DNA from: Felis catus
Lineage: Eukaryota
Assembly (NCBI RefSeq): GCF_018350175.1
Contig: NC_058368.1
Coordinates: 82,090,001 to 82,154,000 of the forward strand
Length of the DNA stretch: 64,000 nucleotides
Reading direction: 5' to 3'
Shown here: piece by piece, positions 50,522-62,140 of the stretch
How the letters are laid out: the number at the start of each line of letters is the position of its first letter
Position numbering within the stretch: position 1 is the first letter of the stretch
Program-made: the position numbers and the translations under genes
The notes under the pieces: generated by a model
The model's input: the letters and a program-made list of their open reading frames with translations, nothing else
Databases searched by the model: none
Told to the model about the DNA's origin: nothing

Positions 50522-53500
50522 AAATGCATTTTAAGAAAAAACAAAAGGCCATACAATCAAAGAAAAGTCCACGATCTGCTACAAGGAGAAAAGCATCTGT
50601 GGCGCCAGCTGCGTATCACAGAAAACCGTGGCAGGAAGAGCCGCCACGGAAAGCACTGATAAAGCTCCGCTAACTCGCAGTCTGCGCTAACCTACCACGG
50701 ATGCGGCCTCAGCGGAAGCTTCCAGAGGGCGCATGAGGGCAGGAAAGGCCCAGTGGGTGCGTGCGGGATGAGGGGCGGAAGCCACAGGGAGTAGAGACCC
50801 TCTGGGGCGTCCCCACGCTGGTGAGGTCACGCGAACCGAGGACACTAGCCACTGGGGCCGCCTTGCCTCCAGCCTGTCGCGCTTTCCGCCGGAGCTGGGC
50901 AGGGGTCTCCGGCCGCAGGGAGCCAGGCAGATGCTGTGGCCACCCCCAGGGGCCAGTCCGCGGCCAGGGATGCCTAACTTGAAGACGTGCAAAGGGGGGA
51001 CACGCAGACCCCAGGCTGCCTCCAGCACAACTGACGCCTGGAACCACAACAATCCCCAGGGGGACCAGAGGAGCCGCCGAGTCAGGGGCTCACCTCCGAC
51101 CTCAGGCCCCACTCGCAGGCAGCAGAGCATAAGGAAACTCCCGAAATAACCACAGGAGCAGAGCTGACTGCGTTTCAACAGCGTCGCAAAGGAAAGTCTT
51201 GCGGGCAGAAAGGGCAAAACAGTCTTTCCGATGAAGGCTCAAAACAGGGCACGAGGGAACCGGGTCACTGGCTCGGCCATGGGGGCGGGGGGGGGTGAGA
51301 CCCACACTCGGCTCCAAGCCCACAACCCTGCTTCAGGAAAGCCTCAGTGCTCACAGGTGCTTGCACGGCTGTTTATACCATCGGCTCAAAGGTCCTGCAG
51401 CTGCTGAACGTGGTCCCGGAGAGCGAAGTGTTCCTCAGCAAGGAGGGAAGAAGGATGGGATCCCCCAGATCAGGGCACAGGGGGAGCCAGCCTCACAGGC
51501 CTGGGGCCGTGGGGCCCACTGGCAGGACACTCTCAGAGGCCCCAGCGCCCAGGCGGCACACGGGGCCCATGGGGCAGCAGGAGCGAGTGTTTAAGGACAT
51601 GGGCTGGTTTCAGTCTTGAGGGGACACGAACCTCCCCATGAACTCACAGAAGTATAACTAGTAAGAGCGTATTTCACTACAAATTAAATTTGTAAATAGA
51701 AAAAAAAGGCACCTGTAAGATGCTTAAACGCCTCACTGGAGTCGGACACTGGGTTCTACTGGGACCCGCAGGTCCCACCTGGCAGAGGCCTCAGTTTCCT
51801 CGTCAGACGGGGGTGAAGCACGGGGCCCCAGCCTGAGATCCAGGTGGCCGAGGAGGCTGAGCTGTGTCAACAGCTTCCAGGGACAAAGGCTGTTGCCACT
51901 GACCCCTTCCTCAGGGCAGGACTCGTCCGGCAGCATTCCTGACCTTAGGAAGATGAGGGGGGCATCTCTTTAAACAAGGTGGACCCCAGACAAATCACTT
52001 CCAACTGTCTGTCCCAACAAAGTTAAGCAAATCCCTGTATTTATTGGTATTTCCCTTTGGAAAGAGGTGTTTGCAACTTAATTCTAACTTAGATGCTGCT
52101 GACATTTGCAGCTACCAGGAAAGAGCTGAGACCCTGCAGAAGGCAGTTCAGCATCCGCCCTCAGACGGGACGTGAGCTGGAGCAATGGCTGGGCCAGGGC
52201 AGGACTGAATTCGTTTTTCTAGGCTACAGGAGAAGGATCGACCTGTCTCACGTGCTCCTGGTGGGTATTTGCTATGGACAAAAAAGAAAACAAAGAGGAA
52301 ACACTGGTTGTGTCCACATGTGGCAGAATCGGGCCAGTGAGTTCTGATGGCCACCTAGAGACGTGCTGATGCCAAGATTCGGAGGTGACCGTGTTATTGG
52401 TGACAGGAAGGCAGGCATCCAGACAAAAGTCCCCCAAAACAGAAAACTACACAGGACAATGAAGCAACAAGACCCAGTCACTGAGGTCACAGAACGATGC
52501 CCACCAAGGCCCTTCCCCCCTGGGATGTCATGGTCCCTGCAGGACAGTCAGCTGAGTGTAACTACAAAACTGGACCCTCATTTCTGGAATAACTCGTCCA
52601 CTCCTGTCTGTGCCACACAGCCACTCCCACAGAGCCGCGCAGGTGCTGACAGGCTCCCTGACCGTCCTGCCCCGAAACCACACCAGCACCAGCCACGACA
52701 CCCGGGGCCACTGAACCCTATGAACCACACACCTCTTGCAGACTGACCTGTGCTTCTGTTTCCTGAGGGAACACCAGGCCGCCCTCCCCCAGGCCCGAGG
52801 CTCATCGCAAAGCTGACACTCTGGCTTCCAAACCTGTTTTGCCCCTCTCTTTACCGCAGTCACAGTCTGTTATGTAAGTCAAGGAAATGTTAAAACAAAA
52901 AGAGAATTCTTTCAGTAAACCAAACTGAAATTCTTAGAGCTCACAGACACCAGTGCTCAAAGAAAGTAGGAGCAGAAACCAGATAAGACCTTTGAACCAG
53001 GGAAGACAACTGGAAAAGACAGGAAGGGTGAGCATCTGGAAGGTTCTGCACGCTGAACAGAACAGATGCCGGAAAAGAGACACTTGGCGCCACATGCGGC
53101 TTAGGACAGAGATGCTGAGGGTTCTCCAAAGGGAAGGACAGGGAAAGGCTAGAACCAGATGGCAACACCACAGACAGGGCCACTGAGGCGCACGCACGTC
53201 TCAGTGACTGCGTGCTACCAGCCTCCGGGTCCAGGGTCAGCCACGGGAGGCTTCTCCCACGTTCCCGCCAACTCCCGGCCTTCGGGGCCAGCCGCCACAT
53301 TTGCACACGTGCGTGGGAGACGCACGGTGCTGTCAGCAATGGCCTCTGCCTGACCCAACAGCTGGGCCAGGAGGAGAGCCCCTGGTACTTCACGTGATGC
53401 AGATTTTCACTATGGATCCAAATTAGCTTTACTTTTATACACTTGTATTTTTTAAAAACAAAAGACCAATCAACTCTTAAGAATAAACAGAAAGGAGAAT

Positions 53501-53932
53501 AAAGGCAGACATGCCAATGGAAACAGAGGCAACGCAGGGATGGGCGCTGGGGGATGATCCCTGCAGGGAGCGCACAGGGCGCTGGTGGCATCCAAGGTCT
53601 GCCTGGCAACAGGGAACCAGCCCGAGGCCCCTCCAGGCCCTTTGGACTGTGTGAACTGCTAGTTCACCTGAGTCGCTCCTGAACACTCCCCCAGCAGTAA
53701 CAGCCCTGAGGAGGGCCCCTGATCAAGGGAGAGGCAGGTGGGTGGTGGGGCCCAGAGTTGAGAAAGAGCCTCTCCCCCTCCTCCCTGAGCGCCCCACCCC
53801 CAAGATCAACCTGTCCCCACCAACCCTGTGCAACTGCACTATGTACTGGGGCCGCTCTGGGCCTTAGTTCACCAACCCCTTTAAAAGCAAAACTTGACCT
53901 TGTCACACCCTCTTGCTTAAAAACCCTTTTAC

Positions 53933-54083
53933 TGGAGCCCCTGGGTGGCTCAGTCAGTCGAGCGTCCACCCAACATTTAATTTCGGCTCAGGTCACGATC
54001 CCAGGATTGTGGGATGCAGCCCCACATCAGCACGCTTGGGATTCTCTCTCTCCTTCTGACTCTTTACCCCACCTGAACTTGAG

Positions 54084-54114
<31 letters not shown>

Positions 54115-54140
54115 AAAAGTGAATTAAAAAAAAACAAAAA
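53933..54140 (+). mobile_element. Older CAN-SINE with expanded (CT)n
   Basis: CCTGGGTGGCTCAGTCAG head, (CT)n and A tail. Confidence 0.8.
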
Positions 54141-54765
54141 CCTCTTACAGCTGGCCTCTCTCTGCCCAGTCATGTGATGGAGCCCTGGGCCCAAGACCAG
54201 AACGCTCTCATTACGTCCCCAATACCGGTCACACAGCTCTGTCCCTGCCGCTGACCTCTGCCCTCACCGTTCTTGGTCACCAAAGCCCTATCTCAGAAAG
54301 CCCTACCCTTATCTTGAGTCCCGGAAGCATACACCTCCCAAGGGCCTCACCACATTCCGGCAGGTCCCCACCGTCTCCTTATCTGCGGCCTGGGGAAAAC
54401 ACTCCATTCATTCAACAAACGTTGAAGCAAGTGTAGAGGCCAACGCTGGGGCAGGGAGGGGAACGTGATTCCCAGAGGAAAGCAAACCACACCAGAAGCC
54501 AGACGAGCAGCCAGAGGTCAACACAGGCGGGACAGGGCAGGGGCCGGCTTCTGTGGCGGTGTGGAAGCCTGCCCTCCCAGACCTGCAGGAGGGAGAGCGC
54601 CAGGGAGGGCAGGCCTGGAGGAGGCGCCAGGCCCAGAGAGAGCTGGGCTGGGCAGGCCACCGGGCAGGGGCTTCCGCGCTGAGGCAGGGAGGGGGGGGAG
54701 GCGGGGAGGGACGGAGACCCCGCCCCTCAGAACCAGCTCTGGCCGGTCCGCGGCCTCCGACCCAC

Positions 54766-54917
54766 CTGTACCGCTCTTCTGGACACCTCCGCCCCCCTTC
54801 AAAAGTTTGGACCATTTCATCGCTCTTCTAGTGAGTATCACCAGGTAGGCGGAAAAAAACTCCTCATAAGCTGCATAATCAAAGTCTTCGGGCCTTTCAA
54901 ACCCGTACGGATCGATC
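54766..54917 (-). CDS. GRTP1: GRTP1 exon 2 (IDPYGFERPEDFDYAAYEEFFSAYLVILTRRAMKWSKLL...KSGT)
   Basis: ttgcag acceptor, gtgggt donor; DxYGF motif typical of TBC N-termini. Confidence 0.96.
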
Positions 54918-55169
54918 CTGCAACGAGAAGAAAAGGAACCTGTAAGCCCTAAATAAAGTTTCGCGCGTGCACGGGGTCCCCGCGGGGACGAGGCCGCGTG
55001 CGCGCGTGGGGGCGGCGACGGGAACCGCGACCGACCCGCGGGCGGGGGGGGGGGCGCGCCCCGGCCCTCCCCGCCGCTCCCCACCCACTCGCACCCCACA
55101 ACCCAGGTCCCCATCCCGCACCCCACACCCCAGGCTGGGCGAGGCGCACCCCGGCCCCCACGCGCCCAC

Positions 55170-55207
55170 CTGGGGACCCGGTCCCGGGGGCGCCCCGCAG
55201 GCTCCAT
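55170..55207 (-). CDS. GRTP1: GRTP1 exon 1 coding part (MEPAGRPRDRVPR)
   Basis: ggcATGG Kozak context, AG|gtgggc donor; joined CDS is 1020 nt (339 aa), a TBC-domain Rab-GAP. Confidence 0.88.
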
Positions 55208-58174
55208 GCCGGGAGGGCGGGGAGGGGGCGCTCGGGGGTGCGGGGACCGCGGGGCGCACGCCGAGGGGTACGAGTCTCTCTCCCTGGACCGGAGCGCGTG
55301 TCCTTCCGCCGGGCCGCGGACGCGGGAGGCGGGGCGGGGGGCGGGGCCCGAGGGATGAGCAGCGGGAGGGAGAGGGGCGGGGCTGCACCTGCTCCCGCGG
55401 CCCCCGCGGAGGGCGGTGTCCGGAGCTGCGGGAGCTGGGAGCGTGGGAGGTGTTAAGCCCGGAGGGAGGGGTGCGGGATGAGAGGCTGGGGTCGGGATCA
55501 GGGGGCCACGGGGGGCGGTCTGGAGCGCAAGGTGTGCGCCCCCCCCTCCCCCCAGGCTGGCTGGGTGGGTGGGTGGGCGGCATTTCCCGGTCACTCCGTT
55601 CAGGCCTCCCGGGCTTTGAGCAAAGGTGGGAGATAGAGTTGAGGTTCTCCTGAGATACCTTCAAACTTCAGTGCCTGGCCGGTCCGAAGGTCAGAGCTCT
55701 GACCTATGAGCCCTATTTTAATTTTCCTTGTGCCGGAAAAGAGCAAGTCTTACTTTTCACTTGTTTTTTTCAGTCTTCACTTCAGACCTGAGAACAGCGT
55801 ATAATCCCTGCACCCACCTGGGGACCTGCCCTGTTCCTTCCTGCCTCCCCAAACCCGGCTGGGGAGGGGGTCCCGGGTTCCAGTCCTGCCCTGACTGCCT
55901 GGGAAAGCCCCCACCCTGCCAGGGGTCACATGGTCACGGGAACTGGCTGGCTGTGCACCACCCTGCAGGATGGTCATCTGGGGTGACTGGGGGTTCACAG
56001 CTCAGGGGGCGCCCCCACAGGAGGCAGAACGGGGGGGGGGGCGGGTTCCCTATTCAGCCACCCCTCCAATAACGTGTTCAGAATCTTGGGCGTGTGAGTC
56101 AAGGCCAGGTGCTGTCTGCAATCTTGTTCCTCAGGGCGAGGGGGAGGGGAGTCACCAGCAAAACTAAAGGCATCAAGGCACGCCCTGAGCAGTCCTGGGG
56201 CCCTGACGCCCTGAGCCCTGCAGGGGCAGCCCTGGGAGCCAGCACCATTACTCTCCTGAGATTTCAACACTGGGGCGTGAAAACCTTGTCAAATCAGGGA
56301 GACCACAGAAAATTTGCCAGAACTATGTTGTGAATTTTGGTTTACAAATGTGGTGAGAAAGTGGGTATTTAAGGTTCTTTGAATTTTGGATTTAAGGCAC
56401 TTCGTAGCCTCAGCCCTCCTCACCCCAAGGGTCCTTTTTGAAACAATGAGCCCAAGCAGGAAGACGCTTTCTCTGAGCCCCAGAGCCCAGTCCACCTGTG
56501 ACCAGCCCTGTCCAAGGAAATGCCTTTCTGGGGCACGTGTGTAGTTTCTCATGAGAAGTGCCTGTGGGCCATGCAGAGACGTGGCTGCGCCCCCCACGCG
56601 TCTACCCAAGATTTACTGGACCTGCGGGCAGCCGACACGGCTCGGAGCTGATCCGTCCAGGGCTAAGCAGAGAGCCTGCAGAGGAGCCGGCAGGAACCCC
56701 CCCCCCCCCGCCCGACCCCCTGCCGCCAGCCATCATCAGGCTTCTGGGAACCCTGGGGGGCTGTAGGGAATTTAGGGTCCCCTGGACCTAACCGCAAAGG
56801 CCAGTTCTGCCAGCGTCCTGGTGCCACAGCTTAGTGCAGTGCCCTTTGTAAGCCCCCTCCCCCCCCCCCCCCCCCCCCCCCGCCGGTCCCTGCTCTGACC
56901 TCCTCGGGACACTCTCAACAAGGGTACTTTCTTGTGTGACATTCAAGTCGGCAGACGGGGTGACTTATCTTCACACCAACATGGGGTCTCCCCTGGCCCA
57001 CGCCTTGCGCACCTGCTCATCTTCCTTTGGCGGGTTTCTCTCCCCACCTGGATGGCTGCTACCAGCCAAAGGGAACGACTCCCTGAAGCCCCCCCCCCCA
57101 CCCTTCCAACTCTTCTCTGGAGCTAAACCCCGTTTCCTGCTTCCTGTTGCCGGGCCTACTAGCAAGCTAATGCTCCTGCCCCCACTTCTCTGGCACTCAG
57201 CACCCCCGCTTCCATCCCACCCAGCAGTCCTGGGACACGCCTGTCTCCTTGCCTGCAGGTTTCCCTCCTCTCTTGATGGGGGTCAGGATCCGGCCTCACT
57301 CCCTGCCACACACTTTCTCACAACTGCCTGAAGAGCAGCATGGCCTTGGCTCTGATGCCCCCGCAGGAAACCCAGGCCACAGGACACGTGCACTTGAGCT
57401 TGAGCGTGATGGCGGTACCCCTGGCAGGTGTATTGGGGCCAGATGACACGGGAGGACGGGCATCCTGTGTGGGGGCAAGCAAGGTAAGAGCGACCAGCCC
57501 AGGAAGTAGGGGAGGGAAGAGGATGAGGAGGCCCAGGTGGCCAGGACGGCAGCGGCCAGAGGGCAGGAAGCAGAGGGCTGCCGGCCCAGGGTCTGCCTGA
57601 GCCTCCCCTTGGGAACAGGAGGTAGTGCGCACTGTGCCCTCCAAGTACCTCCGTCCACATGCCCAGGGCTGAGTTCCCTGGGCACCCTCCCTGCCAGAAC
57701 CCTTCCCTCAGAGCTGGCAGCCAGAGCGCTAAGCCGTCCTCCCTGGAGACCGTGCAGGCTGTCACTCGCCAGGTAGCACCACGGCCCCCTGCCACATCCC
57801 CCAAGTTTCTGTGCAGGCCGAGCCTCAGCAGGGGAGGTGGGTGGACACCCCGGCGATGCTGCCCAGACGGGGACCCTGACCCAGAGAGCGGCCGTGGGAG
57901 CCCGAGGCTGCATTTCTGCCGAGCCCCGGATGTGGGTGCTGGTCCCCAGCCAGGGCCTGTACCACAGCGTGACCCCACATTCAGCGAGGGCTGCGGGGGT
58001 CGACTGATTCAGTTGAAAAGAGCTGGAGAGACGTGACCACCAGATGCAACATGGCCACACCCAGGAAGACCCTGCGGTGGCGGGGGTGGGGGCAGGGGGC
58101 GAAACTGGGCGAGGACTGGGAGGCAGACGGACAAGGGAACATTAGTGACGCTGGTGTGTCCCAGTAGTGAGGTG

Positions 58175-58208
58175 GTGTGTGTGTGTGTGCGCGCGCGTGT
58201 GTGTGTGT
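58175..58208. repeat. (TG)n(CG)n(TG)n compound microsatellite
   Basis: Directly visible. Confidence 0.9.
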
Positions 58209-60029
58209 ATTACTGGGGGCTGACACAGCTGAGCCCTAGGAAACAGTGGAGGTTAACACGCCCCCTGTGTGTCCTGCTAAAGAGATCCCCACGGGGAGCC
58301 CTCTCCTGGGGTGCAGGTGAGACTCGGGGTCCCCTGCTTATCCGGGACCAGCCAGACTCTGCCCCCTACACCCCTCCTTTGCTCCAGCAGTAATGAGCTG
58401 GACTGTTTTCGCCTCGCAGGGCGGGTCGGCTCCCACCGCTGAGCCTGCGGGCCACCAGCCCGCTGTCTCACCTACCTTACTATTCCTCGTGAAGAAAGCC
58501 TCCCATGGCCTAGCTCCAGAGAAGCTTCCAGACCTCACTATGGCAGTAGCCCCATCCCTTTGAATTAAAGTACTAAGTCCAGATATGTTTTCTATTTGAC
58601 TAAAGAAGAATATTGATGGGTAAAATAATATGAGGTTTGGAGTTGGCATTAGATTCATTCCAGAAGAGAGAAAAAAGATGGGCGAATGGAGCCATGGAAC
58701 CAGGAAGCTGGGCACTGGGTACACGGAGCAGTTTTCCGTTCTGAAAGTTTCCATAATACTGTGTGTAACCAGTAAAGCAGTAATGCCCTCCCCACAGGGG
58801 GCAGAACTGGCCCTGCGGCCTTGGCCCCCCACCAGCCCACTGTGGCCTGCTCGGAGGTCAGTGCACCGCCAGCCACCTGGAGGATCCTGAGGCTCTCACT
58901 CCTGCCGTCCCCATGAAGCCAGAAGGGACATGTGCAGATATTATTAGTGAGGCGGGGTGCTATGGGGTCTCCAGTGACCCCATGAAATGCCCACAACTCT
59001 GAGTCTGAGCGGCCACCTTCCTGGAGCGAGTGTGGGGCCCTGTCCCAAGGTTACCGTCATCAGACACTACACATTCCTCCAGTCCCCGCGGGGGGGGGGG
59101 GGGTCCAGCCCAGGAGTGTGAGTGAAATCATTGCCTTGGGACAGCCCAGGTGCACCAGGCCGCGGGGCCACTTGACAAGAGCCTTTCTCTTTGGGGAAAT
59201 GTCACCCTCTCGAGACTGTCATGGGTGAGAATGCGGTCCCCCAGGCCATGCACGTCCCGTGCTCAGTTTCTGGGGGTGTGACCCTGGCCAGGCTCGTCCT
59301 CTTGGACATGTCTCCTTCTCCCCAGCAGGAGCCGGAAGGGGCTCAGTCATTGCCTGGCGTGCGGACTGTGCTCAGCAAATCCCGGGCCTCTTGTTCCCGT
59401 CCCAGCCTCCCAGGCTCAGGTGCCTCACACTCGATTTCCTCCAAGGGCAGGTTGTGAGTGCCCCGCAGGAAGTCACCCCAGACCCTTCAGTGACGTCCTC
59501 TGCAGAAGAAAAACAGGTTTTGGAAGAGGGCAGGTCCACTGAGCAGGGAGCCCTGCAATTATAGCCTGAGCTGGCGTTTCCAGTTCTTCCAGCACAGACG
59601 TGGAATGCAGCTGTTCTGTGGGCTCTGGGCATCGGAGAAACTCACGATTTGTTTTCAGAGATCATTTTGAGGGAGTGTTCCTTGTAAGCAAGTTTTATTT
59701 TGTAACAAGATTAAATGCACATTTTAAAGAACAAAAACTGTGATACAACCTAATCTTACAAAACGCTCAGGGACGCTGCGGGAGGGGAGGCACAGGAAGC
59801 ACCCTGTCCCCAGGAAGCCAAGAAACCGGGGGTCCTGCCTCCACCTGCTCCACCAGACAGACGGACGAACAGACAGTCTCAGGAAGGGTGGGAGGGTACC
59901 AGGCTGGGACAGGCACACACTGTCGCTCGTCCCCAGCCTTCCTTCTCCTGTCCTCCCTTCTGTGCTAGAACCCCATTTTTGTGCCGACGGAGCAGGCCTC
60001 TGTGACAAAGAACCACAGCCCGGCCGCTA

Positions 60030-60262
60030 GACAGCACCCGTGCTCACGTAGTCTTGGAGCCTGCAGGTCCGAGGGCTGGTTCCCAATGCGCCATTCTCCT
60101 GGGTGCGTGGACACCGTCTCCTGCCCGCGTCCTCACGTGCTTCCTCTGTGCGTCCTGACCTCCTCTTATTAGGACACCAGTCATGTGGGATCAGGGCTAC
60201 CGACTGATCTCGTTTTACCCTCACTTCTTTAAAGGCTGGATCTCCAAACGCAGTCACATTCA
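60030..60262. mobile_element. MaLR LTR (MLT1-like) fragment
   Basis: TCTTATTAGGACACCAGTCATGTGGGATCAGGG…TCTCCAAACGCAGTCACATTC resembles the recalled MLT1 consensus. Confidence 0.7.
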
Positions 60263-60313
60263 AAAATATTTCTACTGCTGAGAAATGAAAGCACTGACAA
60301 CTCTGGGACTTCA

Positions 60314-61000
60314 GGGGCGCCTGGGGGGCTCAGCTGGGTGTCCGACTGCGGCTCAAGTCATGGTCACATGGTTCGTGAGTTCAAGCCCCGCGTCAGACTC
60401 TGTGCTGACAGCTCAGAGCCCGGAACTGCTTCGGATTCTGTGTCTCCCCCTCTGCCCCCATTCATGGTCTGACTCTCAAAAATGAGTAAACATTAAAAAT
60501 AAATTTTTTTTTAAATAAAGACATGTTTATTTACATTTTATAAGGGGTCAAATCTAAGGTATAATAGGGGCGCCTGGGTGGCTCACTAGGTTAAGCATCT
60601 GACTTCAGCTCAGGTATTAATCTCATACTCCATGAGTTTGAGCCCCATGTCGGGCTCTGTGCTGACAGCCTGGAGCCTGCTTGGGATTCTGTGTCTCCCT
60701 CTCTCTGCCCCTCCCCTGCTCATGCTTTGTCTCTCTCTGTCTCAAAAGTAAATAAAAACATTAAAAAAAAAAACTAGAAAACAAGGGCACCTGGGGGGGG
60801 TCAGTCGGTTGAGCATCTGACTTCGGCTCAGGTCATGATCTCAAGGTTCATGGGTTCGAGCCCCACGTCGGGCTCTGTGGTGACAGCCCAGAGCCTGGAT
60901 CCTGCTTCAGATTCTGTGTCTCTCTCTCTCTCTGCCCCTCCCCCACTCATTCTCTGTCTCTCAAAAATGAATAAACTTAAAAAAAAAAATTAAAAAAAAA
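60314..61000 (+). mobile_element. Three head-to-tail CAN-SINEs (starting 60314, 60567 and about 60785)
   Basis: Three GGG(G)C(G/A)CCTGGG heads, each with a (CT) linker and A tail. Confidence 0.92.
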
Positions 61001-61809
61001 ACAGAAGTTTGGGACCCTAGTGCAACAATAAAAAGACAATGTCCCAGATTCATGGCATGTAAGTTACACACCCAGAGACATACTGACACTTTCCTGTGAA
61101 AGTACACGTGCCAGGCACCAGCACGGGGCACACTTCCACTAACTCCATGGTGGCCGTGTGGGTACACATCAGAGGTGACAGGCTCCCTCATTTCAGCTGG
61201 CAATCCTATCCTGGACACACAGGAGACACCGTGACCCGGATTTCTGTGACCGGGAGGTGAGGAGCTCTTCTCTGCTTGAGAATTTTTCTTGGGGAGGCTG
61301 TTCTGCAGGGAGAACAGCGCGCTGTCTCTGTGCTCTTCCCTCTGAAGTTTTCTAACAGCCCCTCAGCCCAGACGCACAGCAGCTGCCACGTTTCAGGACA
61401 GAGCCGTGGGGCTCACTGGGTCCAGAGCGGAGCATTGTGGGACCTGCCAGGGCCCGTGGGGGTGTCCCGGCATACAGAGGTAGGTGTCGACCATCTGCAC
61501 CTCCCTTCCCACCAGCAGAGCGTCCAGCAGAGTGTCCACAGTGACCCAAAGGGGCTGAATCACGAACAGGATACGTAGGGAGGCGCTGCTCACAGAGGGA
61601 GTAAGCAAGTGGCCAGAGCGGCAAAGGTTCAGGAGGGTGTCTGTTTTTAGAGGTTCGATGACATTCCTCAGAGCCACCTCCAGGCCGGGCAGCTGGGCTG
61701 CTGACTGCTCAGGGCTGCGAGCTGTGAGCTGCCCCCATGCCCGGTGTGTGTGCTTTCCCTCCAGACCCGGACACGGATGCCAAGGCCCTGCACTGACCGC
61801 CCCAACTCG

Positions 61810-62140
61810 TAAAATTGTGCTAAAATATACCTGACAAAGAACTTGACCTCTGAACCACCCGTGAGGGAACAGACAGCTCAGTGGCCGTTAGCACACTCCC
61901 ACTATTGTGCAGCCACCACCCTCTGTCACCGGGCTTTCTCATGTCCCCAGACCGAGTCTCTGACCCCGTGAACACACCTCCAGCCCCTGGCGCCCCTCCT
62001 GCTCTCTGCCACTGGGAATGGGGCTCCTCTAGGGGCCCCAGGGGAGTGGAGTCCCACAAGATTTGCCCTTCTGTGACAGGCTTGTTTCTGTGGACAGGTG
62101 GGTCCGAGCACCACCCCAGGCGGTTTTCAGTACTTCCAGC
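61810..62140 (-). mobile_element. Ancient L1MB-like 3' end, strongly GC-shifted
   Basis: ATTGTGCTAAAATATAC…TTGTGCAGCCACCACC…CAGCCCCTGGC…AGTGGAGTC…TTTGCCCTTCTGTGACAGGCTT is colinear with the recalled L1MB 3' consensus. Confidence 0.7.

Larger units (their letters stand above)
54650..55620 (-). promoter_or_regulatory. GRTP1: GRTP1 CpG-island promoter with several GC boxes
   Basis: CpG-dense with several GGGCGG; boundaries estimated by eye. Confidence 0.85.

Noticed and set aside
57283..58060. Overlapping 231-aa and 254-aa minus-strand ORFs upstream of GRTP1
   Set aside because: Several frames are open at once in GC-rich sequence, with no recognisable homology or splice pattern
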